A stretch of DNA of 64,000 nt from Eremomyces bilateralis CBS 781.70 (Eukaryota), in the NCBI GenBank assembly GCA_010015585.1, contig ML975149.1; one strand, given 5' to 3'. The position numbers and the translations under genes are program-made. How positions within the stretch are numbered: position 1 is the first letter of the stretch; each line of letters begins with the position of its first letter. Positions 36,197 to 49,302 of this stretch are shown here, one piece after another. Under the pieces are notes generated by a model. The model was given only the letters and a program-made list of their open reading frames with translations. It was not told the DNA's origin and did not search any database.

Positions 36197-37906
36197 ATGG
36201 TGAAAGTACAGCCTTTGCTGGTTTGGTGCGCCCTAGCGATCGGTTCTTCTGCCGAGATCCAATCGGTATCGACCCCTCCAGAGGCTGTGGAATCCGAAGC
36301 TCAGAAGGTGCTACAACAGGATGGAGCCGCGCCTTGTGCTCATGCTGTACGTTCATGGAACTCCATATCATGCTTCGATTATTGCTAACATCAAATTAAG
36401 TGTTCAAGCTTGACCCTTGACCTTCCTCAAAAGGTCTTTTTGGGCCATGACGGAGGCTTTGCTATGTGGGATGCGAAGCAACATGAACTCGTACCCGCAT
36501 GTCGGGTCGTACCAACCTCGGCCGAAGACATCGTCGCAATCATCGAGGCTGCGAAGAGCAATCAATGTCACTTTGCCATCAAGAGTGGTGGGCACAGCCG
36601 CATGGCCGGTGCAAGTAATGCGGAGGGTGGCATCACTATTGATTTAGAAAAGCTGACCAGCATCGAGCTTGCTAAAGATCAGAAGAGCGTGACCATTGGC
36701 GCGGGAGCTCGATGGGGTGAGATATATACGACTCTTGAAAAAGAATCGCTCACTGTCATCGGAGGACGGGTGGCAGATGTTGGAATTGGCGGCCTGGTTC
36801 TTGGAGGTGAGAAATTGTCAAATCATCACCTGAATGGTTTCTAATCAGCTTCAGGTGGGATATCGTTCTTCTCCGGCGTCCATGGCCTGGCTTGCGACAA
36901 TGTCATCTCTTATGAGATCGTGCTTCCGACAGGCAAGATTGTCAAAGTTAGCGAAAACGAAAATTCCGACCTGTTTTGGGCGCTTCGAGGCGGCGGATCG
37001 TCAAACTTCGGCGTTGTGACATCTTTTGTCCTAGAGACCAAGGAGCTACTAAATCCGAATGGCTTATGGTACTCAAACCGCATGCACACTCCTGACAAGC
37101 TACCCGACCTCACCGCCGCTCGTCATCAGTGGATGGAAGGCCTTGGGGAGGATCAAAGGGTTGGAGGCTACGACGTGTACGCCTACAGTGGCATGCACGG
37201 CATGAGCCTCATGGCTTCGCAGCACATTCATCTTGATCACGCTGATCCGACAACGTCTCCGCCGCTATTCAACGCCTATGATCCGATCGAAGCTTTGCAA
37301 GAGGTTGATATCACGCGAGTGATGCCAATGTCCAACATCACAAAGGAGGTTTCCGACATGAGCCCTTACAACATGCGCTACTCGTACTCCACTTTCACGC
37401 GGAAGCCAGACATGGCGCTCGACGAAAAGATCATGGGTTATTTGGACGAGGTGGCCGAGGAAATCAAGCATATCCCTGGGGTCGTGGCCACGTTTATCAT
37501 GCAGGCGCTTTCCAAGGATGCTCTATCGCACACAAAAAGGCGCGGAGGCAACAGTTTGGGGCTTCGGGAATCAGATGGCCCGCTTGCAATCAACAGCATT
37601 TCTTGGATGTGGGCCAGCGCCGAATTCGACGAGCTCATGCAATCACAGGTGCAGTCATTCGTCAGGAAGAGCGAGCAAGCGGCCAAAGACGCCGGCCTCT
37701 GGCATCCTTTCAAGTACATCAACTACGCCGAGAAGTGGCAAGAGGCCGATGTCCTAGCAGGGTTTGGCGAGACGAATCTCAAGAAGCTGCGGGGGATTCA
37801 GAGGAAGTACGACCCGGAGGGTGTGTTTACGAAAGGTGGACTCTGTGGAGGCTATTTCATGTTCAATGAGAAATTGGGCAGGCAGGAAGTCAGGGATGAG
37901 TTGTAG
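36197..37906 (+). CDS. FAD-linked oxidoreductase (FAD_binding_4, berberine-bridge/VAO-like) with signal peptide (exons 36197-36346, 36401-36806, 36855-37906)
   Basis: [67 protein letters not shown]; ends in RDEL. Confidence 0.92.
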
Positions 37907-38595
37907 ATGTGATATATGGCGAGCAATTACGGTTCATCAATGGGGCCTCTTGAGTAGAGGTGGATGGATGGATGGATTGGTTAGCATTATGACTGGAAAC
38001 CTTAGAGATCAGGGGACGCAATTTGGATATGAGAAAATGACGGAGCCAATTGGGCATTGATGAAAGTACTGGAAAGATCTTATGGTTGGACTGACGGTGT
38101 CGATCAATTTCATGGACATAGCTGTTTGTGGGCATTGATGCTCCCTGCTCAAAACGCAGTCTAATACAAGCCCCGGTCCTCTTTCACACAATGTGCAGCT
38201 TCTCGACAGAAGAATCATAGCTCCTCCGTCCCCCTTAGTCCTGCATCAGACGCCCTCTTCCAGTCCAGCCCTTCCGACTGCGCTGTCTTTTGATCCTTCG
38301 AATTCGCTGCTCTAATGACATCGTCTTGTGGCTTGGATAGTGCAGACCGTCCATCAATATATAATGCGAGGCAACTATATTCGAAGCTACGAAGGCAGAG
38401 ATCCAGAGTCTCCTTCATCACACAGGTTCCGATTGGGTATCTTCTCCACTGGTGAGGCCAACCAAACGATTTCTGCTAGCGGATCGAGTTCTGGAAGGAC
38501 GGGATCCTAGTGGATATCGCTCTTGACCATTAAGAACCACTTAGTCGTTCGGGTAGTAGCACGGGTCCATGTCTAGTCGATGCATACCGGTCGAC

Positions 38596-39352
38596 CTAAT
38601 ATCTCTTCGCAGGCAACTCTGCCGCATATGGAGAATTATACGTGGTTATAGGAAGTTCGGCCGTCTGTGCATGAAATCTAGGCTGCGCCTTCTTTTGCAT
38701 ATCCGTGCCAGCAGGGATCGTTGGTTGCATCTTCTTTGCTCGTCGTGCACTGAGACGTCCAAAGACGAACGCAGAGAGGACGATAGTGGCGAGGAATATT
38801 ACCCCAAGGCCCACACCTACTCCGATACCGACTTTCTGTTCCGTTGTGAGGCCGCCTTTCGTTTGGGCTAGCTGGTTGGCTCCAGTGGTAGCGGTAGACA
38901 GGCTCATAGAATTTTCGTCAATACCGGTTCGGGTAGTGTGGTGTGTACTGGTTGAGACTGCGGAGGTGGTCAGGTTAGTGCCTGGTTAAATTTGCAGTGC
39001 GGTTCGAGCTGACGAAGTTGCAGTAGAGTAGGGACAGGAGGAAGGGCCGGGGTTATATTTTCTCACTTCTTGTTAATCTGGATGGGATAATTGGTATCCC
39101 ACTCCCTACGAGGTTCGTTGGCACATTTGTCGGCAATCCGGAAAGCAGCTCGGAGATGAGTCCGGCTCCAAGGTCGGTTGGGGCAGGATTCGACAGCGTT
39201 CCTGTACTCAATATACCTCCAACAAGGGCGAGCACGGAGGACTCGAGGCTTGATATATCCGCCTCTATGGCCCTAGGATGCCATTAGCCAAAGCTGGATT
39301 TCATATTGATCGTTAGGCCATACCCAAGAGTCGGTGTTGCAGCCAGGGCCAT
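38596..39352 (-). CDS. Small single-pass membrane protein with S/T-rich stalk (Mid2-like TM motif), 3 probable exons
   Basis: LTTEQKVGIGVGVGLGVIFLATIVLSAFVF followed by basic residues and AELP repeats. Introns near 39273-39323 and 38960-39066 keep the frame. Confidence 0.55.
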
Positions 39353-40403
39353 ACTGACAATGTATATTTGCTCCGCTCTGAAGTGACGAAGGGGCAAAAG
39401 CACACTTTGCCAAGCTGGGATTGTGGGACAGTTATAAGTACATACATAGCTCGTGGCTTCACGAAATATCGTCCGAATCCGGAGTCTGGATTCAATGTGG
39501 CGTTCATCACGATGCAGCACTATGCATGAAAATATTGACGCCACATGGCATCTATTGGTCGTCCTGATACGTAAGGCTGTGGATTTTGCTCAGATCTGTC
39601 AATCGTCACACGCTGTTCACAATTATTGGCCTAGACTGCTTTAAAACGCCAAAATAGGGTCTTGAGTCAGCGAACAAGTACATAGACGTAGCTGAGAGAT
39701 GTTGGAACAGATGCTGTTGGGCTCATGTGCAGTTCTTGATCATTCGGCATCGCAGCACCAATGGCTTGCGCCCAAGGGTGCCATTTCGTAGGGGAGACCC
39801 GTACGGAATAATCCCCGTGCATAGTAGACTTGAACCAGCAGTACGGAACGAAAGACTTTGAGGAAGCACAGGACGTTGGGGGACCCATTAGCCAGTGCTT
39901 AAAAAAACCGTTACTTCACTGATCATATTCAGTGGTGAAGTAGGCCTCACAAGTCAGTACTTGATGACAATAGAATGGGTGGATCAGAAGCCAGGTGGCT
40001 GGAGGGTTAGGATCACCTCGTTCTACGACGACCACGGTCAGATGTAGTCATCGAATCTGACCTGGAGCCTCGTTGAAGCGACTCGGCGTTGTCGCCAACT
40101 GACGTCCACGACAGGCATACTAATGCCCTAGTGATGCTCCCCCATCGAAATTGAGGCCAAAATCCGCCTTATTATGTAGTAAAGTTAATGCCGAAAAGAA
40201 AATTGATGAGCAAAATGCGAACAAGGGCGCAATGCTTACTGATGTGGGCGTGGCCGCGTGGACACCACTAGACACGATGGGAAAAAGATGAAGCTCCCAA
40301 GGAGCCCCTTGTCCCATGGTTCATAGGATCAGATCGGCTCAGGGTAATCGGAGAAGGGGCTTGGAGCGATCCACAGAAGGAAAAGAAGATATATGCCTTC
40401 GAT

Positions 40404-40417
40404 AAAAAACGCAAAAA
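40404..40417 (-). terminator. RNA polymerase III terminator (T5 and T6 runs)
   Basis: TTTTTGCGTTTTTT begins 6 nt downstream of the tRNA discriminator on the minus strand. Confidence 0.75.
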
Positions 40418-40422
40418 TATAA

Positions 40423-40558
40423 TGCCTCAACACGGAGTTGAACCGTGGACCTCCGCATGTCTAGTCGTACTAGTGCTGTTATGATTGTTAGAGGGTGATT
40501 TGATTGGCTAATGAGTTGTGTGACATACCGACGCTCTAGCCAACTGAGCTATTAAGGC
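40423..40558 (-). tRNA. tRNA-Thr(AGT) with two introns (53 nt at 29/30: 40476-40528; 9 nt at 37/38: 40459-40467)
   Basis: Removing both introns gives a 74-nt cloverleaf GCCTTAA TA GCTC AGTTGGCTA GAGC G TCGCA CTAGTAA TGCGG AGGTC CACGG TTCAACT CCGTG TTGAGGC A with all four stems paired. Anticodon at 40471-40469. Confidence 0.9.
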
Positions 40559-41337
40559 TGCTAGTTGATATGAGGGAATTCAACTTCTGAATATTTAATC
40601 CTATTTTAAAACTCAATTCTAGCGTCGTACATGATCAGGACTCACGGCATTATTTTCAGGTTCTATCCACCCTCCCAGTTCATATCCGGTACGGTAATGG
40701 TGCCTTCAATTCTTCCTTCTTAGTCTTGTGTGCTTGGCAGTGTATGGAGCATGTTAAGCTGGCTGTTGACCCGCAATTTCATTGGTCAATTCCATAATAT
40801 CCGTCCTTGACTAGAACCTTCACTAGAGCTATAGCCGTTCAATACCAACAGCTACCTATTCGCACGCTATGTTAATTATGCCGATATTAAGAGGCACGTT
40901 ACAGTATTGTCTTTCTGGAAGTCCGATATGTTGTCGTTTCCGTTGATTGTTGAATTCCCTTTCATCCGCAAATCGATCACCAGAACTCGATGGCGACTTC
41001 TGGGCATCCTATCGTATTCCTTTCCTTTTGACTCGCACGATACGAACTCCGGGAGTCGTTTCATGATTAACCGGTCCTATTCAGGAGCACCAGTGCTCTC
41101 GAATCTCAATGTTAGGTCCTATTTCGGAGCTTTCAGCTCCTGCAAGTGGAGTTCGATGCCGTAGATGCGGAGAACCTTGCCTAGGTACCTTAAGTTCTAA
41201 ATGATTGACATAAATTGACAGATAAAGAGGGGTGAGGCCAGCCGAAATCTCAAATCATAACGTCCCAAGTCCAGCAAGTTTCGCATTTCCAAGTCACCAT
41301 TTCCTTCATATCCACAAGTTTTGAGAGTAGCATATCA

Positions 41338-42174
41338 ATGTCTTCTTCCGCTGCACCTCTCACCCCCGGCGTCGCCTTCATCACCGGCGGCGCTCGCGGC
41401 CTCGGCCACGCCACCGCCCTCGCCTTCGCCCAACACGGCGCCCGCGCCATCGTCCTCGCCGACATCCACGACGACGCCACTATGACCGCCGCCGCACAAG
41501 CCGTCACCTCCCTCGGCGCGGCCTGCCTCCCCCTCCGCTGCGACGTCAGCCAAGAAAGCGAGGTGGCGGCCGCGATCGCCACGACGGTCGCAACGTATGG
41601 ACGCATCGACTACGCGGCGAACTTCGCGGCGATAATGGGGCCTGTCGATGGGATTGGAGGGTTGAAGTTGGAGCATTGGGAGCGGGTCATGCGGGTGAAT
41701 TCGACGGGGCTGATGCTGTGCGTGAAGCATGAGTTGGCGCAACTGATGAAGCAGGTGGAGGCGGAACAAGTGGAGGGGAAGGTGCCCGGGCGGCAGGTGG
41801 GGAGTATTGTGAATTGCGGGTCGATTAATTCAATTCTTGGGGGGGCGAGGGCGGGGACGTATACGGTGGCGAAGCATGCGGTGTTAGGGATCACGAGGGT
41901 CGCGGCGGGAGAGGGGCGGAAACATGGGATCCGGGTCAATGCGATTGGGCCCGGGGTGGTGCATACGCAGTTCAGTGAGACGGCGATCATTGGGGGGGAG
42001 CAAGTAGCGGGACCGACGAACCAGGGATTAACTAAGTTGCTCGAGAAGCAGGGGAGGGAGATTTTACCGGAGGAGATTGGGGAAGCGACGGTGCTTTTGT
42101 CGAGCAGTGCAATGAGTGCGGTGAATGGGCATTTGTTGCCGTTGGATGCGGGCTTGACATCGCAAGCGGCTTGA
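41338..42174 (+). CDS. Classical short-chain dehydrogenase/reductase
   Basis: TGGARGLG, GRIDYAANFA, catalytic YTVAK, GIRVNAIGPG. Confidence 0.93.
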   Translation: MSSSAAPLTPGVAFITGGARGLGHATALAFAQHGARAIVLADIHDDATMTAAAQAVTSLGAACLPLRCDVSQESEVAAAIATTVATYGRIDYAANFAAIMGPVDGIGGLKLEHWERVMRVNSTGLMLCVKHELAQLMKQVEAEQVEGKVPGRQVGSIVNCGSINSILGGARAGTYTVAKHAVLGITRVAAGEGRKHGIRVNAIGPGVVHTQFSETAIIGGEQVAGPTNQGLTKLLEKQGREILPEEIGEATVLLSSSAMSAVNGHLLPLDAGLTSQAA

Positions 42175-42476
42175 GGGGTATGGATTGCAATACCCGTTAT
42201 ATATCCAAGTTTCCTCGTAGCCCATCGAGTCTATCAAACAATGTACATCTGGAACGGCGAGTCGTTTCGTGCATCCCTTCATTCAATCCCATGGAATAGT
42301 GCGAAAGCTCCATATCAATGCGCCTCTAACACCGTAAAGGAGAGGATAGAAACGGATATCATGAAAGCATACTGTGCTAGACAAGAAGAACCCTCTGATC
42401 AAGATTGTCGATGCCCTGAAGAGAGAAAGACAGAAGAAGCGCTCCAATACTCGAGTAGGTCGACTGTGAAGGAGAC

Positions 42477-45400
42477 TTATAGGATACTCATCATCCCTTT
42501 AAATCCGGCTGACTTGGCACTCGCACTGGTTGTTTTGTCCTTGTCCTTGTCCTTGTCCTTACCCTTCTTGCCCACATTTTGCGCACCGCCTAGTTGCAAG
42601 TCAGAGTCGATCCTAATGGCGCTAGAAAGCGAATCACTCACCTCTGCCGTATATCCTCGCCTTACTGCCCGTCGTCACCTTCGGCTTCTCCCCTCCATCG
42701 CCTCCACTCTTCTTACTCCCACCGCTCTCAACGCTGATCGCGCTATTGCCGCTCGCCAAAACTCCCGACTCGTTCTCCCGACCCATCCCACCTCTCTCCC
42801 GTATCGGCGAACCCATCCCGCCTGAAAACATAAATGCTCCTTCTCCAGGATACATCGGGATATGCGATCGATCGGGACTGGCCATACTTCCTCGGTACTC
42901 CGAACCAGGCCGAACCCTTTCTTTTCCAAGGCCCTCCAACCTGCTCGACCGAATTGAATCCACGCCATCATTGCCCAACCGGGTTCTCCCCTCCTCGTAC
43001 GCCGCATCGGGCGTGTTGAACGCATGATGCCTGCTCCCCCTTGGCGCAGCCGGCGCATATGTGCGGTTCGGCATCGCACGTGTCGATGAGGTGCTATACG
43101 CCGTACCCACGCCGCTTACCACCCGGCTCACCCCCTGGCCACCCCCATGCATAGGCGGCAGCGCGGCCGTCATGTTTGCCATGACCGGTGAATAATGCCC
43201 AGGGCTCACCGACGGCTCCTCCGCGTCGCCAAAATGGAACTCCGCGAACGCGGGGCTCTTCCCGAGACCGACGGGAGAATACCCAGCCTCAAGCTCTTGG
43301 TTCCGCAGTTCCAGATCCACGCACCGGTCGTGCAGCTTCCGGTACGCTTTCTGCAACTGCGCCATGTTCGCCTGCTTCGCCGCCAGCGCGCTTTCCACGA
43401 TCTGTTGCACCGCGCCTTGCCCCGCGCCGTGCGCGTTGACGTGCAGGCTCGCGTTCTGCGTTTCGGCGAGCCGCATTTCGAGGTCCGCGACAGCCCGTTC
43501 GGCGGCGTTGCGGATCTGCTCGATTTCGCGGTCGCGGGCGAGGGCGCGGCGGGCGGCGGATTCGAGCTCGCCGCGGAGGAAGTCACGCTCGGAGCGCATG
43601 CGCTCGAAGTCGAGCTCACGGTCTTCATAGGAGGAGACGCGCTCGCGGAGCTTCTCGAGCTCTTGCTCGAGAGTGTGGAGTTGGTCGACTTCGGATTGCA
43701 GGGCGCGGACAGACTCGTTGGCGAGCGTGCTGCGCGCCTCGGATTCTTCGAGGCGGTTCCGGAGATGGTCGCACTCGCCCTGGGCTTGTTGGCAAGTGAC
43801 GCGGAGGTCCTCAAGGGCGGCGGCATCGCGGCGGTCTTCGTCGCGTTTGGCACGCACGAGGCGGACTTTGCCTTCAACTTCTTTATCCCAGGCACGGGAT
43901 CCTTCGCGACGGAGGGCGACTTCTTTGCGGAGTTGCTCGTAGCGCTCTTCTTGGCGTTTGAGGCGGGATTGCAGCGTGCGGTTGGTCGATAATAACTTCT
44001 GGGTATCGGCAGCGGCGGATTCTTGAGTTAGGTCGCGGCGTTTGGCGGCACCGAGGAACGTGGCGGTTTCGGATTTGAGGTATTGTTGAAAGTGAAGCTC
44101 GTTCCGGAGGCGAAGGTTTTCGAGTTGTAGAGAGGCGATGGGGTCGGTGGATGAGGGCGGAATTTGGGTGCTGCAGGAGAAGAGTGGTGGAGGAAGGGGT
44201 TCGGTTGCGGATGCGGGTTCGCCGGGTGTGGTGGTACCGGAGCGTGGAGCACGGCGGCCGCGTTTCCGCATGGTTTCGGCGCTCGGTTTCTTCTGGATAG
44301 GAACGCTGCCGTGGGGTGGAATAGTTGGTGAATCAAGGAGAGGATGTCGTGGACGCATTTCTGTCGAAGGAGAGGCATTCTCTGAGTTGCGATGGGAATC
44401 GGGTAGAGAGGATCCGCTGGCCGAATGAGACAGTTTTCGATCCGGTGGAGCGGTTAGGGTGGTGCTGCGGGTGTTCCGGCGAGATTCGGTCCATGAGTCG
44501 CCCGCGAATGTGGTTGAATCATCATCGTACGGCGGCTCTTGAAAGTCTGCTGGTCGAGGAGCGTTCCTGGGTAGTTCAGGTAAAGGGGATGCAGGAGGCG
44601 GTTTCAGATGGTGTAGAATCGGCCCGGAGTTGTATAGGTCTAGGCACTGAGTCACCAGCTCCGCTGGGTCAGATTTGATAAACCGAGTGTCTGACAATTC
44701 ATCTTCAGGGACGGATGAATAGAACGCCTTGTGCAGAATATGGGACCGACGGTAGGTTTCCGTTCTCGACGCAACAATGCTTTGGCGGAAGTCGATCTCC
44801 TGCGCGCCAGGGAAGTTGATATTCTTGAAGTAACGACGAGGTTTGCGGAGGTAGGACGTGAAGTTTAGCGGGAAAAGTCCATATAGGAAGGTGAAGAAGT
44901 AATCCACCTTGGGGATGATTGTCTCGTCGTTGTCATATGCCAGCGTTAATTTCTCCCATGATGGATCAGCCACGAATTCGAATTGCTCATGGATAGGCGA
45001 CTCATGCATGCCTAAATCATGGTCATCCTGACTTCGGCTCCGTATTTGTTCGGGATTGAGGTCCCAGCAGACGATTCTGTTGAAGATAAGGAAGAGACGT
45101 GGGAGGTAGGAAACGAGAGAGCTCGTGATGTGAGGGATGAACATGATGAGCACAGTTAGTGCTAGGTCGACGATCGTACCCGATGTGTCAACCAGCAAAC
45201 ATGTGAGTAGGTGATCGACGAGGGACGTCTCAAGGACCAGATACAGATGGGGAGGTTGGACATGTACGAAGGCACTGAGCAGACCAAGTGCTTGCGCACG
45301 ATGCTCGTTCTTGATGAACAAGTCGTCAACGGCTAGGAGTAGTTCCTGCAAACTTGTTAGTATCGAGTCCGGTAGACTCCAAGGGACGACAAACCTTCGG

Positions 45401-46055
45401 CCTCTTCCTCCCGAATGCAAGCAAGACCTTCTCCAACTCATGCGCCTTAAGTTCGTCCCCGGGGTTCTGCATCTCCATGGAATTTCTGCTTTGCACATTT
45501 GACCGCGCCATGTACGCATCTAACAGCCACGCCGTGAAATCACGACTTAATCTAGCGTGTTGTCCATCTTCATCCGAGTCTTCGTCGTACACCAACACAC
45601 TCAGCATGAACTCCCGCGCGTTGTCAATCGTTGTGCGCTTGTGTCCGATTGAGCCGATGGTGGGGCGGATGACCTTGTTCCACCACTCGTAGAGTTGAGA
45701 ATCGGACGGGGTATAGGCGGGGCGAAGAGTGCGGATAAGCGAGATAAAGGCCGCATGTTTGTCAGGGTTCGGTTGGACGTATTTCTGGAAAACGGTGTGT
45801 AACTCCTCCGCCAGCCGCTGGGAGTCGGCCGGCTCGATAGAGTCATTTGCGTCAAGAAAGGCGTTGATAGTCTCTTGGAGTTCGTCGGGAAGTGGGGGGA
45901 AGATCGAAGGGGACGAGAAACAGGCGTCCAAGGTACGGACAACATCTTTTAAGGTTCTAACCAAGTCTGTTAGCTGAGGTTGTACCGGTGTTGCGACAAT
46001 AGTTGGCTTGCGCATTTCAAACCATTGTTTGCGATTTGACGTACCCAAAAGCCAT
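42477..46055 (-). CDS. TSC1: Hamartin / TSC1 homologue (exons 46055-46045, 45956-45395, 45345-42642, 42589-42477)
   Basis: FVHVQPPHLYLV, LIMFIPHI, FTFLYGLFPLNF and a long C-terminal coiled coil (LRNELHFQQYLK). Introns join MAFG|TLKD, RPK|ELLL and YGR|GGAQNVG in frame. Confidence 0.88.
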
Positions 46056-49000
46056 GATAGGAAATAACCTGTCGAAACGACCCAGGCCATGCCCATGCGA
46101 ATACTGACAATCCTATAGCGATTTCCCAGTCGTCCTCGAATGCGCGAGTTGGGGAGGAAGGGAGAAAAATGCCCAGGAATTGGGTATTAGTGGTTCAATG
46201 GGACGATATTCGGTCTATGTCCATCAGGCAGATAGAACCAAACCACAGGTGAGTCTTAACAAAGGATTGTAAAGTCCAGGTTCTGACCGAGGGAGATGCG
46301 AAGGCAGGTACCATCGATGTTTGGGATAGTTGTTATGTTAGTACGGAATAGAACGAGCGGAAGCATATCGATGCATCGTACATGATCTGATCCGTTTGGG
46401 TGGGAGCGTGGGATGCGATTTTGGGAGACGTTGCTTGGCCATGGAGGGTCCAAGACTCGCAGAATCCCAGTCCCTGGCTCACACAGTAGATCAGTCTATG
46501 AAACGAACAATTCCTGGAAGAGGGGCAAATCCGTCTTAGATCCGATCATCCTCCCTTATCAGCTCCAGGAGTGGCTAACTCGCTAGGGTGTAGGCCGTAG
46601 GGACGAGTGGACGAGAAATGAATCCCGTTGGATGCCTGCCCTTGCGCACTTGGTTCCTCTGCGGCAGGGTGTCATGGACGATGGATTTTCATCACTGCCC
46701 AATCTCATCCTGTCAAAGGCTCTTGAATGCCAGCCACGGTCTCATAATCAGCATAGTACAGAGTACATAACGCCATTGTCAGCCTGGCTGTCGTTGATCT
46801 TGGAACTACCGTAAGATTGGCCCTCTTCCTTCGGGGCATCTATCACCACTCGAAAGTTATAGTTATCAGAAAATGCTTTGAAGTATAGTACGGGAAACGC
46901 GCATCAAACAGATATCGATCCAGTGAGGCGCTACTGCAAGGACAAGAACGTTCCGCATACGTATCCCCATCGTGCATCTATAGCACTGCTTCCGCCTTCG
47001 GTCTTTTGTCGATATCAATCGCATCTGATGTTGAGCATCCAGACGAGATAAAGGAGCACTATATTGCCCCTCCGTTCAAAGTTCCAAGAAATGACTGATC
47101 AGTCGGTGGCTTGCAGTTTTTCGTCAACTCACAGCCGGCATATGACGCTTATCTGTGGCGGCTTTCTTTTTGGCCGGTGGAGATTATCTCCTTACGCTTC
47201 CCTATTTGCATCCCCCTTGTTACCCAGCCCTACCGCCGCCTCCGGCCCAAGATCGACCTGGGCGCTCTATCATTTGGGACTTCTGTCCCTCTCCTGGGTC
47301 CAGATTGCCATTGAAGTATTGGAGATATCGGGAAAAATTGAAAGAAGCAAGGCAGGAATATCGACGATGTTCGAAAACATATTCACCAAAAGACCTGTGG
47401 GGGAAGAGAATTACCTGTCATACCTCTTATTACATCGCATCATTGATCACATCATCCAGGCTCAGGTGGCTCGTCATTCGTTCGGTTCAACCCATGAGGC
47501 TTGAGAGGCGCAACGGTTCAGCATCCAAGTCCAGCGACCTGCTTTATCACAAAGAAGGTGGTGATGAAGTATGAACAAGACGAAATAATAAGCTCTGGTC
47601 CGTCCTATTGGCTTCCCTAATCCTGTTGACCAGACTGCGACCTCTCCATAGGAATCATTTCCTGGAGATGTCGCCCAATTCGCTTCATACCACATGTGAC
47701 ATGCGCTCCCCATCATCCATGATATGATGCGCACGAATCTCGTTGTGCAACGCCCAACGGTCATGGCCCGGCGCGGGCATACAGTACCCCCCCGCCCACG
47801 GCCCACGGCCCACCAGCCACCCTTCATCGCTTCCCCTGACTAGTCCCCTTCCATCGTGTGACTAGCGTGGAGTTCGAGCGGATCGGTCGCCCCATTAATG
47901 TGCTCCACTAGTAAGCCGATCTGATAGCGAGGGATTCCTTCTGCAGAAGTGCAGGTCGGGTGTCTAGTGCTCGACCCATCATGGCCCCCACGAGGTTTTG
48001 TGATAGATTCGCGAAGGAAATTCACGGATTTGGAGATACACAACCTGATTGATATGGACGGACGGACTCGCTTGGAAAATCTAATAGTTAGAAACTATTG
48101 AATTGATAATTATTCGGAATATCGGTTCTTCGTATGAACGATCAGTGTGATCAATGGGAATCCTATCAATTTTCATTGATCATACTATTAATGCTGACGC
48201 GACATGACTATCCAGATAACAGAATCCTGGTTTTCTTCAATTTCCCACGCTCCTCGGGAGGCAGGAGTACCCATCTGAACGGGGTTTCCCATCTGTCGTC
48301 ATGTCGGGAGCACCGCTCTAATGGTATTCGGTTTTATCTATTAGGATTGCGCCGTCTCTTTTGCATGAGAACTTGCACTTTGCATGGCCTTCGTCCCTGG
48401 TTCGCGCAGACCTGTTCATGAAACCCAACGCGGAGGATGCTACTCCAGTTGGCAGTTGGCAGTCTCGAAACCGGGGAATGCGGCATATTTGGTCGCTGAC
48501 GAGGTTCACCGTTTAACATTCCCGGGGACGCTCCAGTTCAATCGTGGAGTCTCATGGCAAATTCCCAGGTTTTGCTAACCATCCTGGCTATTTCTTCAGC
48601 ATCGGTACCATGGCCTCGGACTCGATCCATGTGTCGACGGCATAATGCATTGTTCCTCTCATTTGAAGTTCTAGTGTACTCCCGTCAGCACGAGTGACCT
48701 ACCTAGATGGGGATGAAATCTTCGGTTAGAACACTATCTGTACATTAGTAGGTACGTACAGTAGTACCAGGTCCTCAACCATGTGGGCTGTGTCCCGGTC
48801 GTTGCATGTGCGGACCTGATCAGGAACAGCATGTACGTGGAGAGTTAAGGTGATGGTTAGAAAATGGAAATGGATCTGATTCTAGGGTTACAACGAGAGG
48901 GGTTCCTAACTAAGGGTGGAACACGCGGCGACAAGGATCGTTCGCTTTGAGAAGGTGGATATAAAACGGAATCGCCAATTCGATTGAAACGTTCCATCTA

Positions 49001-49302
49001 GAGCTCTTCGCTTGAAACCTAACGTAGCACCGCCAGCACGTGAAGATGCATCACAGCAGCTGGTGTTCCGGCATCCTATATCCTACCCGAGGAAGCGCAA
49101 GACCGCTTGGTCGGATGCGACCGATCAATTCAGTATCTTAACTTGAAACACGCGGACAACCGGATTTTCGGTTGGATTCCGGTTGAATTGATTGATTCAT
49201 GATTTGAGGCATCCTGTTGATAAGGATGGGGATGCGTTTGGTGGTTGGAGAGGGACACTCGAAAAACACCCCAAAGCTCACTCATGCCGTAACTGGTACA
49301 TA

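Noticed and set aside
40453..40531. Reading the tRNA as tRNA-Asp(GTC) with one long intron (TCGGT AT GTC A...)
   Set aside because: The stem TCGGT/TGCGG would have G-G and T-T mismatches and the loop would start AT. The Thr(AGT) model pairs fully and has a normal CT-NNN-AA loop.
19069..46055. Ral2/Mds3-like gene and TSC1 as a TOR-signalling cluster
   Set aside because: They are over 20 kb apart with unrelated genes between them, and nothing in the sequence supports functional linkage.
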